Source: Bacteroidia bacterium
GTDB taxonomy: Bacteria > Bacteroidota > Bacteroidia > NS11-12g > UBA9320
Assembly (NCBI GenBank): GCA_965216465.1
Contig: CBDCFW010000005.1
Coordinates: 1-64,000, forward strand
Direction of reading: 5' to 3'
DNA: 64,000 bases
Each line of letters begins with the position of its first letter. Position 1 is the first letter of the stretch. The translations under genes and the position numbers were made by a program. This document shows positions 1 to 10,818 of the stretch, piece after piece. The notes beneath the pieces are model-generated. The model saw only the letters and a program-made list of their open reading frames with translations, was not told the origin of the DNA and ran no database searches.

Positions 1-579
1 CCAAGTGGATCAGGTAAAACGACATTATTAAATATTATCGGTTCATTAGACTCCCCTACTGAAGGAACAGCCACGGTTTTGGGCAAATCAATTTCAAAAC
101 TCTCTCACAAAGAGTCTGCTCAGCTCAGAAATCATCACATCGGATTCATTTTTCAAGTCTATAACCTCCTCCCCGTTTATACCGTTTATGAAAACGTAGA
201 GTTTGCTTTGTTGCTCCAAAATAGAACTGCAGCAGAACGTAAAAAGGCAGTAAAGGATGCATTGGAGTGGGTTGGATTAGCCGATATGGCTAATAAAAAA
301 CCTGCAAAACTATCTGGGGGTGAAGGCCAACGTGTTGCAATTGCTCGTGCGATGGTAAAACGTCCTGAAATTTTACTTGCAGATGAGCCTACAGCCAATC
401 TTGACGCTGAGAATGCTCATGCAATACTCGACACCATGAAAAAGCTAAATAAAGAATTGGACACGACCTTCCTATTCTCTACGCATGATGAAAAAGTCAT
501 GAAATACCTTGATCGAATCATTCACTTACGTGACGGCTATGTAGAACAAGACGAAATTATCAATGCACAAGTACAATGA
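1..579 (+). CDS. ABC transporter ATP-binding protein, LolD/MacB-like (5' end outside window)
   Basis: The frame is open from base 1: Walker A PSGSGKTT, then IGFIFQ, LSGGEGQR signature, LLADEPT Walker B and the STHD H-loop. Confidence 0.92.
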   Translation, partial: PSGSGKTTLLNIIGSLDSPTEGTATVLGKSISKLSHKESAQLRNHHIGFIFQVYNLLPVYTVYENVEFALLLQNRTAAERKKAVKDALEWVGLADMANKKPAKLSGGEGQRVAIARAMVKRPEILLADEPTANLDAENAHAILDTMKKLNKELDTTFLFSTHDEKVMKYLDRIIHLRDGYVEQDEIINAQVQ

Positions 580-1736
580 ATCAAGCAATCCGCCTAGCAT
601 ATCGCAATCTTATTGGGGCCGGATTAAGAACCTGGCTTAATGTTGGAGTACTGTCGTTCACCTTTGTAATCATACTTTTCTACAATGGATTGATTGACGG
701 CTGGAATGAACAAGCCAAAAGAGACACCATCGCCTGGGAATATGCCGAAGGACATGTTCTTCATCCAGAATATGACCCGTTGGATGGCTTTACCATTTTG
801 GATGGACATGGAAGTTACGACGATCTGAACATGGAGCATGCGAGCCCTGTTTTAGTGCGACAAGCATCGATCTATCCAGAAGAACGAATGATTAACACTT
901 TGATAAAAGGTATTGATCCACATCAAAACTTAGTCGAAATTCCAAGTGAAAAACTAGATACTAATATTGCCAGTATTCCGATAGTAATTGGTGGTATGAT
1001 GGCTAAAAACTCAGGGTTATCAGTGGGCGATGAGGTTCTTGTACGCTGGAGAGATGCTGAAGGAACCTTTGACGCAGCTAACGCTCAGGTTGTTGACATT
1101 TTTGAAACAACGGTTCCTACAGTCGACCAATTTCAGATTTATATGTCTATAGAAAAACTCTGGGAGATTACCAGACTTCAAAATCACGCTAGTTATTTAT
1201 TGGTAGGCGAAAACTACAAGCACAATTCGGAAAGCCAGTGGATATATCGTTCACAGAAAGATTTACTGTCGACTATTGACAAAATGATTGAAACCAAAAA
1301 GGCAAGTGGTTCAATCATGTACATTTTGCTACTTGCTATTGCTTTACTGGCCATATTCGACACGCAAGTGCTGTCAATCTTCAGACGACAAAAAGAGATA
1401 GGAACATACATAGCATTGGGAATGACCCGTGGAGAGGTAATGCGCCTATTTACAGTAGAAGGGTTTATGTACAGCGTTCTAGCGGTATTTGCAGGTTCGC
1501 TCTATGGTATCCCGCTGCTATTCTATCTTTCAAAAGCTGGAATCCCCTACCCCGTTGAGCAAGTACAAGATTTTGGTGTAGCCATTGCCGATACCATGTA
1601 CCCCGTATTTGGTTTAGGCCTGATTTTAGGAACAATATTATTGGTGGTAGTGTCCGCAACGATAGTTAGCTACTTACCAGCACGTAAAATAGCAAAAATG
1701 AATGCCGTGGATGCCATAAAAGGAAAATTACAATGA
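576..1736 (+). CDS. ABC transporter permease, LolE/FtsX-like (copy A)
   Basis: N-terminal LAYRNL..R-TM helix, large periplasmic domain, RRQKEIGTYIALG loop and three C-terminal TM helices; ATGA overlap with the ATPase. Confidence 0.88.
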   Translation: MNQAIRLAYRNLIGAGLRTWLNVGVLSFTFVIILFYNGLIDGWNEQAKRDTIAWEYAEGHVLHPEYDPLDGFTILDGHGSYDDLNMEHASPVLVRQASIYPEERMINTLIKGIDPHQNLVEIPSEKLDTNIASIPIVIGGMMAKNSGLSVGDEVLVRWRDAEGTFDAANAQVVDIFETTVPTVDQFQIYMSIEKLWEITRLQNHASYLLVGENYKHNSESQWIYRSQKDLLSTIDKMIETKKASGSIMYILLLAIALLAIFDTQVLSIFRRQKEIGTYIALGMTRGEVMRLFTVEGFMYSVLAVFAGSLYGIPLLFYLSKAGIPYPVEQVQDFGVAIADTMYPVFGLGLILGTILLVVVSATIVSYLPARKIAKMNAVDAIKGKLQ

Positions 1737-3007
1737 TTAAATTTTTATTTAAAGGAATTAAAAGAGATAAAAGTAGAAGTATTCTACCCATCATCATAAC
1801 GTCGATTGGTGTAGCACTTACAGTTTTCTTAAGTGGATATATACGAGGAGCCATGGGCGACATGATCGACCTCAATGCTCGATTTGAAACGGGACATGTT
1901 AAAGTGATGACTCAACCTTATTTGGAGAATAAGGATCAGCTTCCGAATGACCTGGCTTTGCTAGAAGTAAGTGCACTTCAAGCTGAACTCGAAGATCAGT
2001 TTCCTGAAGTTACTTGGGAAAAAAGAATACGATTTGGCGGATTGGTCGATGCTCCCGACGATGAAGGAGTTACAAAAGGACAAGGTCCTGCAGTTGGACT
2101 TGCCCTTGACCTCTTATCTGAAAACAGCCAAGAAATCGAACGAATGAATTTACGGCCCGCTCTGGTAAAAGGAAGCTTACCAACCGAACCTGGCTATGCC
2201 TTGATTAGCGAAGAGTTTTCACAAAACATAAAAGCGGGCGTGGGCGACCATGTTACTTATGTGGGTTCAACGATGAACGGAAGCATGGCATTCAAAAACT
2301 TCAAAGTATGTGGAACCGTGCGTTTTGGCAATGCGGCAATGGACAGAGGTGCCATTATAATAGACATTTCAGATGCCCAGCTGATGCTCGATATGGAAGA
2401 CGGAGCAGGCGAACTTTTGGGCTACTTTCCCAATGATGTTTACGACGATGACGACGCAACTGAAATAGCCGCAGCTTTTAACAAGGCTTACGAAAATGAC
2501 AAAGACGAATTTGCACCTGTCATGCAATCACTTAAGCAACAAAACGGATTGGCTTCGCTTATTGATTACGCCGAAGTGATGTCTGGAATGTTTGTTGTAA
2601 TATTTGTATTTGCCATGTCAGTAGTATTATGGAACACTGGCTTGCTTGGTGGATTAAGAAGATATCAAGAATACGGAATTAGGCTCGCCTTAGGTGAATC
2701 TAAGGGCCACATTTACCGCATGATGGTGATGGAAGCTGTGTTAATTGGAATCTTAGGTTCGATTGTAGGAACCATAATTGGAGTCGCAGGAGCCTATGCC
2801 CTTCAGGTTTACGGTATTGATGTTTCAGAATACGCACCACAAAGCAATATGTTAATGCCAAACGTTATTCGTGCAAGCGTTACATCTGACTTATTTTACA
2901 TCGGGTTCATTCCAGGTGTATTTGCAATGGTCTTCGGTACCATGTTGTCAGGAATTGGCATATACAAAAGAGAAACAGCACGATTATTTAAAGAATTAGA
3001 AGTATAA
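1733..3007 (+). CDS. ABC transporter permease, LolE/FtsX-like (B)
   Basis: Same 4-TM topology, RRYQEYGIRLALG loop, ATGA overlap with the previous gene. Confidence 0.87.
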   Translation: MIKFLFKGIKRDKSRSILPIIITSIGVALTVFLSGYIRGAMGDMIDLNARFETGHVKVMTQPYLENKDQLPNDLALLEVSALQAELEDQFPEVTWEKRIRFGGLVDAPDDEGVTKGQGPAVGLALDLLSENSQEIERMNLRPALVKGSLPTEPGYALISEEFSQNIKAGVGDHVTYVGSTMNGSMAFKNFKVCGTVRFGNAAMDRGAIIIDISDAQLMLDMEDGAGELLGYFPNDVYDDDDATEIAAAFNKAYENDKDEFAPVMQSLKQQNGLASLIDYAEVMSGMFVVIFVFAMSVVLWNTGLLGGLRRYQEYGIRLALGESKGHIYRMMVMEAVLIGILGSIVGTIIGVAGAYALQVYGIDVSEYAPQSNMLMPNVIRASVTSDLFYIGFIPGVFAMVFGTMLSGIGIYKRETARLFKELEV

Positions 3008-3008
3008 C

Positions 3009-3746
3009 ATGAAATATTTAATATTCATCCTATCCATCCTCAGTCTCAGCTTTAGTGCTGAGCAATACCCTGATGTAAACACATTGATATCGAAGGTCGA
3101 TCAGAATATGACGGCTAAAAAGATGATCATGACATCAAAAATGACCATTTATGGTAGAAGAAGCAATCGCACCATCACCTCTAAAAATTACAGTGAAGGC
3201 AGTGCAAAAGCATTTACAGAATACCTTGCACCAGAGCGAGAAAAAGGCACTAAAATGTTGAAGTTAGACGACAAGCTGTGGATCTACTCTCCTAGTTCTG
3301 ATCGAACAATACAAATCTCTGGCCATATGCTTAAACAATCTGTTATGGGTTCAGATCTTTCGTATGAAGACATGATGGATGAGCGAAGACTAACCGACAT
3401 CTACACGCCTAAAATTATCGGCAAAGAAGATATTAATGGTAGATCATGTTATGTAATTGAGTTAACAGCCAAAGTAACAGATGCTTCTTATGCCAAGCAA
3501 AAAATATGGGTCGACGCAGAAAGATTTGTACCTCTTCGTCAAGATCTTATGGCAAAGAGTGGCAAACTGTTAAAAAGAGTTTCGTTGACTAACGTACAAA
3601 AGATAGGTAACCGTTGGTACCCAAAAAACATGAACTACAAAGACATGTTAAAGAACGGAAAAGGAACTGATTTTGAAATTGTAGATGTGAAGTTCAATCC
3701 AACCATACCTGCTCATATTTTCACAAAAGCTTCATTGAAGAAGTAA
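3009..3746 (+). CDS. LolA-like outer-membrane lipoprotein-sorting protein
   Basis: Signal peptide; P.REKGTKML, LWIYSPS and MGSDLSYED motifs typical of the LolA_like family; lies in an ABC permease operon. Confidence 0.85.
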   Translation: MKYLIFILSILSLSFSAEQYPDVNTLISKVDQNMTAKKMIMTSKMTIYGRRSNRTITSKNYSEGSAKAFTEYLAPEREKGTKMLKLDDKLWIYSPSSDRTIQISGHMLKQSVMGSDLSYEDMMDERRLTDIYTPKIIGKEDINGRSCYVIELTAKVTDASYAKQKIWVDAERFVPLRQDLMAKSGKLLKRVSLTNVQKIGNRWYPKNMNYKDMLKNGKGTDFEIVDVKFNPTIPAHIFTKASLKK

Positions 3747-3750
3747 CTGA

Positions 3751-4911
3751 ATGAAACAAGCCATAAAACTAGCTTACCGCAATCTAATTGGAGCTGGGCT
3801 TCGCACTTGGCTCAACGTAAGTGTGCTTTCCTTTTCTTTTGTGGTAATTCTCTTCTACAACGGCCTTATCGACGGCTGGAATAAACAAGCAAGACGTGAT
3901 ACAATTAATTGGGAGGCAGGAAATGGACATTTAGTAAATGACAACTACGATGCGTTTGATATCTTTAGCCTTTTTGATGGTCATGGAGATATCAGTGACC
4001 TTCCAACAGAAAATCTTTCACCAGTTCTTGTAAGGCAAGCGTCCATTTATCCCGATGGAAGACTGGTAACGGTTGTTCTCAAAGGCATGAAGCTTGATCA
4101 AGACGAATTGTTAATGCCTATGCACAAGCTAGATACGCAGTGCAACGCTATTCCTGTTCTAATTGGAAACAGCATGGTGCGTACAACTGGTTTGAAGAAA
4201 GGTGACGAGGTCTTGTTGCAATGGAAAGACAACGAAGGAACATATGACGCTGCGAATATTGTAATTGCTGATGTATTTAAAACTACAGTTCCTACCGTTG
4301 ACATGGGGCAGATATATATGGATATTGACCAACTGTGGAAGCTCACCGGCTTAAACAATCATGCTTCATTTTTATTAGCAGACGCAAGCTACCAACCTCA
4401 GGATATTGAAGGTTGGAATTTTAAGACCCAAGATGACCTTTTAGTCACCCTTGACAATGTAATAGCTACAGAGCGAGCTGGTGGATCTATCTTTTACATC
4501 CTCCTGATGCTCATTGCTTTGCTTGCTATTTTCGATACCCAGGTACTTTCTATTTTTAGAAGACAAAAAGAAATAGGAACCTACATGGCACTTGGCATGA
4601 CACGCACTCAAGTAGTAAGACTGTTTACCGTTGAAGGTGCAATGTACAGCATCTTTGCGATGATAGTTGGCTCAATTTGGGGTATCCCTCTGCTTCGCTA
4701 CCTAGCTCATAAAGGCATTCCTTATCCGGTCGAAAATGTGGAAGAGTTTGGTATATCCATTGCAGATACAATGTATCCTGTGTTTGGGTTACAACTCATT
4801 GTAGGTACGATAATAGCAGTGGTTATAGCGGCTACTATTGTCAGCTACTTACCCGCAAGAAAGATTGCAAAAATGGACGTTGTAGCTGCTATTAAGGGCA
4901 AACTTCAATAA
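3751..4911 (+). CDS. ABC transporter permease, LolE/FtsX-like (copy A', paralogue of 576..1736)
   Basis: Same length (386 aa) and shared blocks LAYRNLIGAGLRTWLNV, IALLAIFDTQVLSIFRRQKEIGTY and AIKGKLQ. Confidence 0.88.
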   Translation: MKQAIKLAYRNLIGAGLRTWLNVSVLSFSFVVILFYNGLIDGWNKQARRDTINWEAGNGHLVNDNYDAFDIFSLFDGHGDISDLPTENLSPVLVRQASIYPDGRLVTVVLKGMKLDQDELLMPMHKLDTQCNAIPVLIGNSMVRTTGLKKGDEVLLQWKDNEGTYDAANIVIADVFKTTVPTVDMGQIYMDIDQLWKLTGLNNHASFLLADASYQPQDIEGWNFKTQDDLLVTLDNVIATERAGGSIFYILLMLIALLAIFDTQVLSIFRRQKEIGTYMALGMTRTQVVRLFTVEGAMYSIFAMIVGSIWGIPLLRYLAHKGIPYPVENVEEFGISIADTMYPVFGLQLIVGTIIAVVIAATIVSYLPARKIAKMDVVAAIKGKLQ

Positions 4912-4913
4912 GC

Positions 4914-4945
4914 AAAAAAAAGTCCCGACCGTAGGCCGAGACTTT
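4914..4945 (-). terminator. Intrinsic terminator after rplT (probably bidirectional)
   Basis: Minus strand AAAGTCTCGGCC-TAC-GGTCGGGACTTT followed by a T tract; lies between convergent genes. Confidence 0.75.
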
Positions 4946-4967
4946 ATAGCTTTAGCTTAAAAATATT

Positions 4968-5312
4968 TTACTTTACTTTCTTTACAATTTCTGCAAAGGC
5001 CTCTGGGTGGTTCATTGCTAAATCGGCAAGAACTTTACGGTTCAATTCGATACCTTTAGCGTGAACACCTCCCATAAATTGAGAGTAACTCATTCCGTGC
5101 ATACGAGCACCAGCATTAATTCTAGTGATCCAAAGTCTACGGAAGTTTCTTTTCTTGTTTTTTCTGTCTCTGTATGCGTACTGCCATCCTTTCTCAACGG
5201 CATTTTTAGCTACGGTCCATACATTTTTTCTTCTACCAAAGTAACCTTTGGCATGTTTCATCATTTTCTTTCTTCGCCTTCTTGAGGCTACTGCGTTTAC
5301 TGATCTTGGCAT
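4968..5312 (-). CDS. rplT: 50S ribosomal protein L20
   Basis: [39 protein letters not shown] and [10 protein letters not shown] motifs. Confidence 0.98.
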   Translation of the reverse strand: MPRSVNAVASRRRRKKMMKHAKGYFGRRKNVWTVAKNAVEKGWQYAYRDRKNKKRNFRRLWITRINAGARMHGMSYSQFMGGVHAKGIELNRKVLADLAMNHPEAFAEIVKKVK

Positions 5313-5329
5313 TTTTTACTTTTTTAAAC

Positions 5330-5366
5330 TAGGCGTCGCAACTGGGTTGTGATCTTTATGAGCCTG
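5330..5366 (-). promoter_or_regulatory. Candidate structured RNA element between rpmI and rplT (possible L20 leader)
   Basis: Minus strand AGGC...GCCT outer stem enclosing a TAAAGA bulge and the hairpin TCACAAC-CCA-GTTGCGA, ending about 18 nt before the rplT start. Confidence 0.4.
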
Positions 5367-5397
5367 AATAATTAAACTTCATGACCTTTTGGTCAAA

Positions 5398-5598
5398 TTA
5401 CTTTCCGATACGTAGTAAAAACTTGATGTTGCTTTCATCCGCCTTGTGAACTAATCCATCGTGCGTTAATGCAAGCTTTTGCTTCTTCGTTTTCTTCGTA
5501 AGGATGTGACGCTTGTAGGCGTGCTTTCTTTTGATTTTTCCCGAACCAGTTACTCTGAATCTCTTCTTTGCACTGGAGTTGGTCTTCATTTTAGGCAT
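5398..5598 (-). CDS. rpmI: 50S ribosomal protein L35
   Basis: [33 protein letters not shown]. Confidence 0.98.
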   Translation of the reverse strand: MPKMKTNSSAKKRFRVTGSGKIKRKHAYKRHILTKKTKKQKLALTHDGLVHKADESNIKFLLRIGK

Positions 5599-5611
5599 TT
5601 TCTTTACTTTT

Positions 5612-6148
5612 TTATTTTGGTGCTAAAACTATTATCATCTTTTTGCCTTCCATCTTAGGCATTTGTTCCAACTTCGCTACTTCTTGCAGTTTCTCCGCAA
5701 ATTGTAACAAGAGTAGTTCCCCTCTTTCTTTAAACACAATAGTTCTTCCTCTAAAGAATACATAGGCTCTCACCTTGTGTCCTTCTTCTAAGAACTTCTC
5801 AGCATGTTTTAATTTAAAATTAACATCATGCTCATCTGTGTTAGGACCAAAACGTATTTCTTTTATATCGGTTTTGGCCTGCGTTGCCTTAAGCTCCTTG
5901 GCTTTTTTCTTTTGCTCGTACAAGAACCTTCTATAGTCTAGTACTTTACAAACTGGCGGTTTAGCGTTTGGAGAAACCTCAACAAGGTCTAACTCCTGAT
6001 CTCGTGCAACTCGCCTAGCCGTAGCTAAGTCAACAATTCCTTGTTCAACGTTATCACCAACTAATCTTACAGGATCAGCGATGATATGTTGATTAATTCT
6101 GTGTGGGTCTCTTACCCGACCCCTAAACGGTTTTCTTCTTTTCTTCAA
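5612..6148 (-). CDS. infC: Translation initiation factor IF-3 (non-AUG start)
   Basis: [38 protein letters not shown] and FRGR motifs; canonical thrS-infC-rpmI-rplT order; TTG start. Confidence 0.97.
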   Translation of the reverse strand: MKKRRKPFRGRVRDPHRINQHIIADPVRLVGDNVEQGIVDLATARRVARDQELDLVEVSPNAKPPVCKVLDYRRFLYEQKKKAKELKATQAKTDIKEIRFGPNTDEHDVNFKLKHAEKFLEEGHKVRAYVFFRGRTIVFKERGELLLLQFAEKLQEVAKLEQMPKMEGKKMIIVLAPK

Positions 6149-6151
6149 AAA

Positions 6152-8083
6152 TTATTCTTCGTTTAACAATGTATCAAAAAATGATACAAAATCTTGTAGT
6201 TTATACTTTCCAACATCTCCCTTTCCATGAATCCTAACCGCAACCTCCTCGTTTTCAGCTTCTTGCTCTCCAACAATTAACATTACTGGAATTTTAGAAA
6301 CCTCTGCATCGCGAATTTTACGACCAATTTTCTCAGCCCGCTCGTCTACAAGGCCGCGAATATCGTAATTATTCAGGTATTTTAAAACTTTATCTGAGTA
6401 ATCATGGAACTTTTCACTAATTGGTAATATGGCAATTTGTTCAGGGCTTAACCACAATGGAAAATTACCAGCTGTATGTTCAATCAAAATTCCAATGAAT
6501 CTTTCCATTGAACCAAACGGTGCACGGTGAATCATAACCGGCCTATGTTTCTGATTATCAGAACCTATGTAATCTAAATCAAATCGCTCCGGAAGGTTAT
6601 AGTCAACTTGAATTGTACCGAGCTGCCAACTTCTTCCTAAAGCATCTTTCACCATAAAGTCGAGCTTAGGACCGTAGAATGCAGCTTCTCCGTATTCGGT
6701 AACCGTATCCATATCTCTTTCAGCTGTAGCTTCTATGATTGCACGTTCTGCCTTCTCCCAATTCTCATCTGAACCGATATACTTGTCTCTATTTTCTTTA
6801 TCACGTAACGAGATTTGTGCTGTAAAATCCTCAAAACCAAGCTTCCCAAATACGTGAAGCACCAAGTCAATCACATTCACAAACTCCTCTTTCAATTGGT
6901 CCGGAGTACAGAAAATGTGTGAATCGTCTTGAGTAAATCCACGAACACGTGTTAATCCATTAAGCTCGCCACTTTGCTCGTAACGGTACACTGTACCAAA
7001 TTCTGCAAGTCGAAGCGGCAATTCTTTGTATGATTTTGGTCGAAACTTAAAGATTTCGCAGTGGTGCGGACAGTTCATCGGCTTCAACAAAAACTCTTCG
7101 TCTTGATGAGGAGTTTTAATTGGCTTAAACGAATCTTCGCCATATTTTTCGTAATGACCAGAAGTCACGTACAACTCCTTCTTCCCAATATGAGGGGTAA
7201 CAACCTGCTTATACCCTCTTTCTATTTGGGCCTTGCGCATAAAGTTTTCTAAGCGCTCACGAATAGCCGTACCTTTTGGCAACCACATCGGTAAACCAGC
7301 ACCTACCTTGTCGCTAAACATAAATAACTCGAGCTCCTTGCCAAGTTTTCTATGATCTCTACGTTTCGCTTCTTCCAGCAACTCTAAATGCTCAGTAAGC
7401 ATTTTAGCTTTAGGGAATGAAACACCGTAGATACGTGTTAATGACTTATTATTCTCATCACCTCTCCAATAAGCTGCGGCTACATTTAGCAGCTTAACAG
7501 CCTTAATTTTTGAAGTATCTGGAATATGCGGACCTCTACACAAATCTGTAAAGTTACCTTGCTTATAGAAAGTAATTTGACCATCTTCTAACCCATCAAT
7601 TAACTCCAGTTTGTAAGGGTCGTCTTTCTCTGTAAAGTATGCTATTGCATCTGCTTTAGAGACTTCAGAGCGCTCATATACATTGCCTTGACTGGCCAAC
7701 TCTTTCATCTTCTTTTCTACAGCCGGTAGCTCGTCAGAAGAGAAGCTATGATCACCAAAATCAACATCGTAATAGAATCCATTATCAATAGCCGGACCAA
7801 TACCAAGTTTAACCCCTGGATATAAAGCTTCTAAGGCCTCAGCCATGAGGTGAGCACTGCTGTGCCAAAAGGTTTTCTTACCATCAATGTCATCAAATTT
7901 CAACAAGCTTAAGGTTGAATCTTCATTGATCGGACGGGTAAGATCCCAGATCTCACCGTTAACATTTGCACTTACAATAACTCTAGCCAAGCCTTCAGAT
8001 ATGCTTTTTGCAACATCCATGGCTGAACTTCCTTGTGGTACCTCACGAATGGAACCATCTGGTAATGTAATTTTGATATTCAA
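6152..8083 (-). CDS. thrS: Threonine--tRNA ligase
   Basis: TGS domain [37 protein letters not shown] and [12 protein letters not shown] motifs. Confidence 0.98.
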   Translation of the reverse strand: MNIKITLPDGSIREVPQGSSAMDVAKSISEGLARVIVSANVNGEIWDLTRPINEDSTLSLLKFDDIDGKKTFWHSSAHLMAEALEALYPGVKLGIGPAIDNGFYYDVDFGDHSFSSDELPAVEKKMKELASQGNVYERSEVSKADAIAYFTEKDDPYKLELIDGLEDGQITFYKQGNFTDLCRGPHIPDTSKIKAVKLLNVAAAYWRGDENNKSLTRIYGVSFPKAKMLTEHLELLEEAKRRDHRKLGKELELFMFSDKVGAGLPMWLPKGTAIRERLENFMRKAQIERGYKQVVTPHIGKKELYVTSGHYEKYGEDSFKPIKTPHQDEEFLLKPMNCPHHCEIFKFRPKSYKELPLRLAEFGTVYRYEQSGELNGLTRVRGFTQDDSHIFCTPDQLKEEFVNVIDLVLHVFGKLGFEDFTAQISLRDKENRDKYIGSDENWEKAERAIIEATAERDMDTVTEYGEAAFYGPKLDFMVKDALGRSWQLGTIQVDYNLPERFDLDYIGSDNQKHRPVMIHRAPFGSMERFIGILIEHTAGNFPLWLSPEQIAILPISEKFHDYSDKVLKYLNNYDIRGLVDERAEKIGRKIRDAEVSKIPVMLIVGEQEAENEEVAVRIHGKGDVGKYKLQDFVSFFDTLLNEE

Positions 8084-8099
8084 TTTATTGGTTTTAAAG

Positions 8100-9119
8100 T
8101 TATAATCCTATTCGTTCTAAGCCTTCTTTAGCCATTGCAAAATTAGGGTCTAGTTGTAAACAACGTTCATAATTTCTGCGGGCAAGGTCGAGCTGACCTT
8201 CAAGCTCATAACACTGTCCAATTCTACCATAGGCCTTACCCAATTCAGGGTTAAACCGTATGCAAAATTCGAAGTGATCGATCGCTCTTGCTATATTTCC
8301 ATTCATGGCCAAAATACTTCCGGCATTGTAGTATGCTAAATAGTGTTTTGGGTTAATGTCTATTGTTGATTGGTAGTCTGCTAGTGCTTTCTCATGCTGA
8401 CCTTGGTTCTGGTAGAACAATCCGCGTGCGTAAAACGCTTCATCGCTCTTGTCGTCAATGCTTACGGCCATATTGTAGTATACCTCGGCCTGATTACTGT
8501 TCCCTTGAGCTTGAAAAATATCAGCAAGCTGCATACTACTGTTGTAATCAGAACCCAAAAGTTCAATTGTTTTTTCAAAGTAACCAATTGCTCCTGCTGT
8601 ATCTTGATCTTCTTTAGATAGCATAGCCATCAGAAAGTTTGCTTTTGCATGAGAAGGATTAAGAATTAGGAGCTTGCCAAAGACATTTCTGCTTTTGTCA
8701 AATTGCCTTACGAAGTACAAAAATTGAGCGTGCTTGAATGCAGCAGTTTCGTTATTTGGTTCAACACGACCTGCTTCTTCGTAGGCTTCAAGTGCTTCTG
8801 TAGTTCTGTCGCCAGCAAATAGTGCATCACCCAGTTTGTAGTAATACTCTGCTTTAGAATCATCTAGAGACACAACTTTTTGGTAGTCTTGAATGGCAAG
8901 ATCCGATCGGTTCTCATTAAGCAACACTTCTGCTCTAAATAAGTAGTATTCGATGTTATTTGGATATTGGTCAATCTTTTTGCTCCATTCTCTCGCTTCT
9001 AAACTGATAGTTGTGTCTTGTGCAAGGCTTAATTGACCTGCATCACCAGACCCACAGCTCGAAAGCAAAGAAATAGCTGCCACAAGCATCACAAATCCAT
9101 ATATAATCCTGTTTTTCAA
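8100..9119 (-). CDS. Tetratricopeptide-repeat lipoprotein
   Basis: Lipobox LLSSC; repeated TPR units ([20 protein letters not shown], ...LDP/INP). Confidence 0.85.
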   Translation of the reverse strand: MKNRIIYGFVMLVAAISLLSSCGSGDAGQLSLAQDTTISLEAREWSKKIDQYPNNIEYYLFRAEVLLNENRSDLAIQDYQKVVSLDDSKAEYYYKLGDALFAGDRTTEALEAYEEAGRVEPNNETAAFKHAQFLYFVRQFDKSRNVFGKLLILNPSHAKANFLMAMLSKEDQDTAGAIGYFEKTIELLGSDYNSSMQLADIFQAQGNSNQAEVYYNMAVSIDDKSDEAFYARGLFYQNQGQHEKALADYQSTIDINPKHYLAYYNAGSILAMNGNIARAIDHFEFCIRFNPELGKAYGRIGQCYELEGQLDLARRNYERCLQLDPNFAMAKEGLERIGL

Positions 9120-9248
9120 AGAAGTGCAAATTTCGCCTAATAATATTAAAATCTCAATCTATTATCAATTATTCTAATCTCTTCGTGAATTCAATTCAAA
9201 ATTGAGCGGTCTAATTTAATTTGATATTATCGAATTAGGATTAAATCA

Positions 9249-9256
9249 TAACTTTG
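9249..9256 (+). promoter_or_regulatory. Bacteroidota -7 promoter element for hmgA copy 1
   Basis: TAACTTTG matches TAnnTTTG, 18 nt before the ATG. Confidence 0.6.
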
Positions 9257-9274
9257 TCGTTCATTTGAAAAGGC

Positions 9275-10441
9275 ATGCCGCATTATCATAAATTAGGAGA
9301 AATTCCACGGAAACGACACACACAATTTAGAAGACCTGATGGCGAGTTATATAAGGAAGAATTGTTTTCAACCGAAGGGTTTTCAAACATCTACTCTTTG
9401 CTTTATCACCACTATCCTCCAACAGCCATTTTGAAGGTTGGCGAACCTAGAAATGTGAAACCAGAAGTGGTTGAAGATATGGAGATGCTTCACCGTAGTT
9501 TCCAAAATTTTAATGTTGAGCCTAAAGATGATTTCTTAGAAAGTCGCGTTGTTTTGCTTACCAACAACGACTTGCAGATTGCTATGGCTTGTCCGCGCAA
9601 AAGCATGAAGGACTATTTCTACAAAAATGGCGATAGCGACGAAGTGCTTTTTATTCATAAGGGAAGCGGAACCTTCAAATGCAATTACGGCCAGATACGA
9701 TTTGAATATGGAGACTACCTTGTTATTCCAAGAGGGACAGTATACCAATTGTTTTTCGATAACGAAGACAACAAGATTCTTATCACAGAGTCCCACAGTC
9801 CAATTCGATACCCTAAAAGATATACTGGTGGCTTCGATCAATTGCTGGAGCACTCTCCGTATTGTGAACGCGACATTAAGCAACCTCAAAATTTAGAGAC
9901 AATTGTTGAAGAAGGAGAGTTCCTTATTCAAATTAAAAAGGAAGACAAGATCTATCCTTATACCTACAAATACCACCCTTATTGTTTAATTGGATGGGAC
10001 GGTTGCGTTTATCCATTTGCGTTTAGCATTCATGACTACGAACCCATAACAGGTCGTATTCATATGCCTCCTCCAATACATCAAACGTTTGAAGGACACA
10101 ATTTTGTAATTTGCAGTTTTGTTCCTCGATTGTACGACTATCATCCAGATGCAATACCTGCACCATATTTCCACAGCAATATCGATAGCGACGAAGTAAT
10201 GTATTATGTTGATGGTCAATTTATGAGTAAAACGCATGTAGACAAAGGCCAAATGAGCTTGCATCCTGGTGGTATTCCCCACGGACCGACTCCAGGAGCC
10301 GCAGAAAAGAGTATTGGTAAAAAAGGTACAGAAGAATTGGCCGTTATGATTGACACTTTTAAACCTTTGCGTGTCACAAAAGCTGCATTAGCCTACGAAA
10401 TCAAGGACTATCATTTGCACTGGTTAGAAGGACTCGAGTAA
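9275..10441 (+). CDS. hmgA: Homogentisate 1,2-dioxygenase family protein (copy 1)
   Basis: FYKNGDSDE, GDYLVIPRG, IHMPPPIH, PYFHSNIDSDE and GIPHGP (Fe-ligand H, E, H present); neighbour of hppD. Confidence 0.88.
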   Translation: MPHYHKLGEIPRKRHTQFRRPDGELYKEELFSTEGFSNIYSLLYHHYPPTAILKVGEPRNVKPEVVEDMEMLHRSFQNFNVEPKDDFLESRVVLLTNNDLQIAMACPRKSMKDYFYKNGDSDEVLFIHKGSGTFKCNYGQIRFEYGDYLVIPRGTVYQLFFDNEDNKILITESHSPIRYPKRYTGGFDQLLEHSPYCERDIKQPQNLETIVEEGEFLIQIKKEDKIYPYTYKYHPYCLIGWDGCVYPFAFSIHDYEPITGRIHMPPPIHQTFEGHNFVICSFVPRLYDYHPDAIPAPYFHSNIDSDEVMYYVDGQFMSKTHVDKGQMSLHPGGIPHGPTPGAAEKSIGKKGTEELAVMIDTFKPLRVTKAALAYEIKDYHLHWLEGLE

Positions 10442-10485
10442 GACATCCACTGCATTTATAACTATATTTGAGAGTCGCATGTTCT

Positions 10486-10818
10486 ATGCAAGATGCTGAA
10501 AACAAATACGGTTTATTGCTAACTTCAATTGCACTTTTATCGGTGCTTATTCCGATTAGTATTGTTGCATTGTGGATTTCACTCATTCAACAAGAAATAC
10601 CACATGAAGAAATGCTTAGTCCTTTCCGAAGTTACTTCCCACCTATTCTTCGTGAGCGATCTGCCACTATTAACCTTAGCCTGTTTACGAGTGCCATTGC
10701 TTTAATATTAAGCGGATTTGCCCTCCCACGATCAGAGAATTTCGCTCGATTTGTGAATATTTCAATCTTAGTAGTTGCTGGAGCTCTTTTTCTCTTCAAT
10801 CTGAACAGCACACTTTAA
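10486..10818 (+). CDS. Small hypothetical membrane protein (3 TM)
   Basis: Three hydrophobic stretches; fills the gap between the hmgA copies. Confidence 0.55.
   Translation: MQDAENKYGLLLTSIALLSVLIPISIVALWISLIQQEIPHEEMLSPFRSYFPPILRERSATINLSLFTSAIALILSGFALPRSENFARFVNISILVVAGALFLFNLNSTL

Noticed and set aside
5612-8083. ThrS-IF3 readthrough fusion
   Set aside because: An in-frame arrangement has a one-in-three chance, the stop is a strong TAA-T, and no recoding signal is visible.
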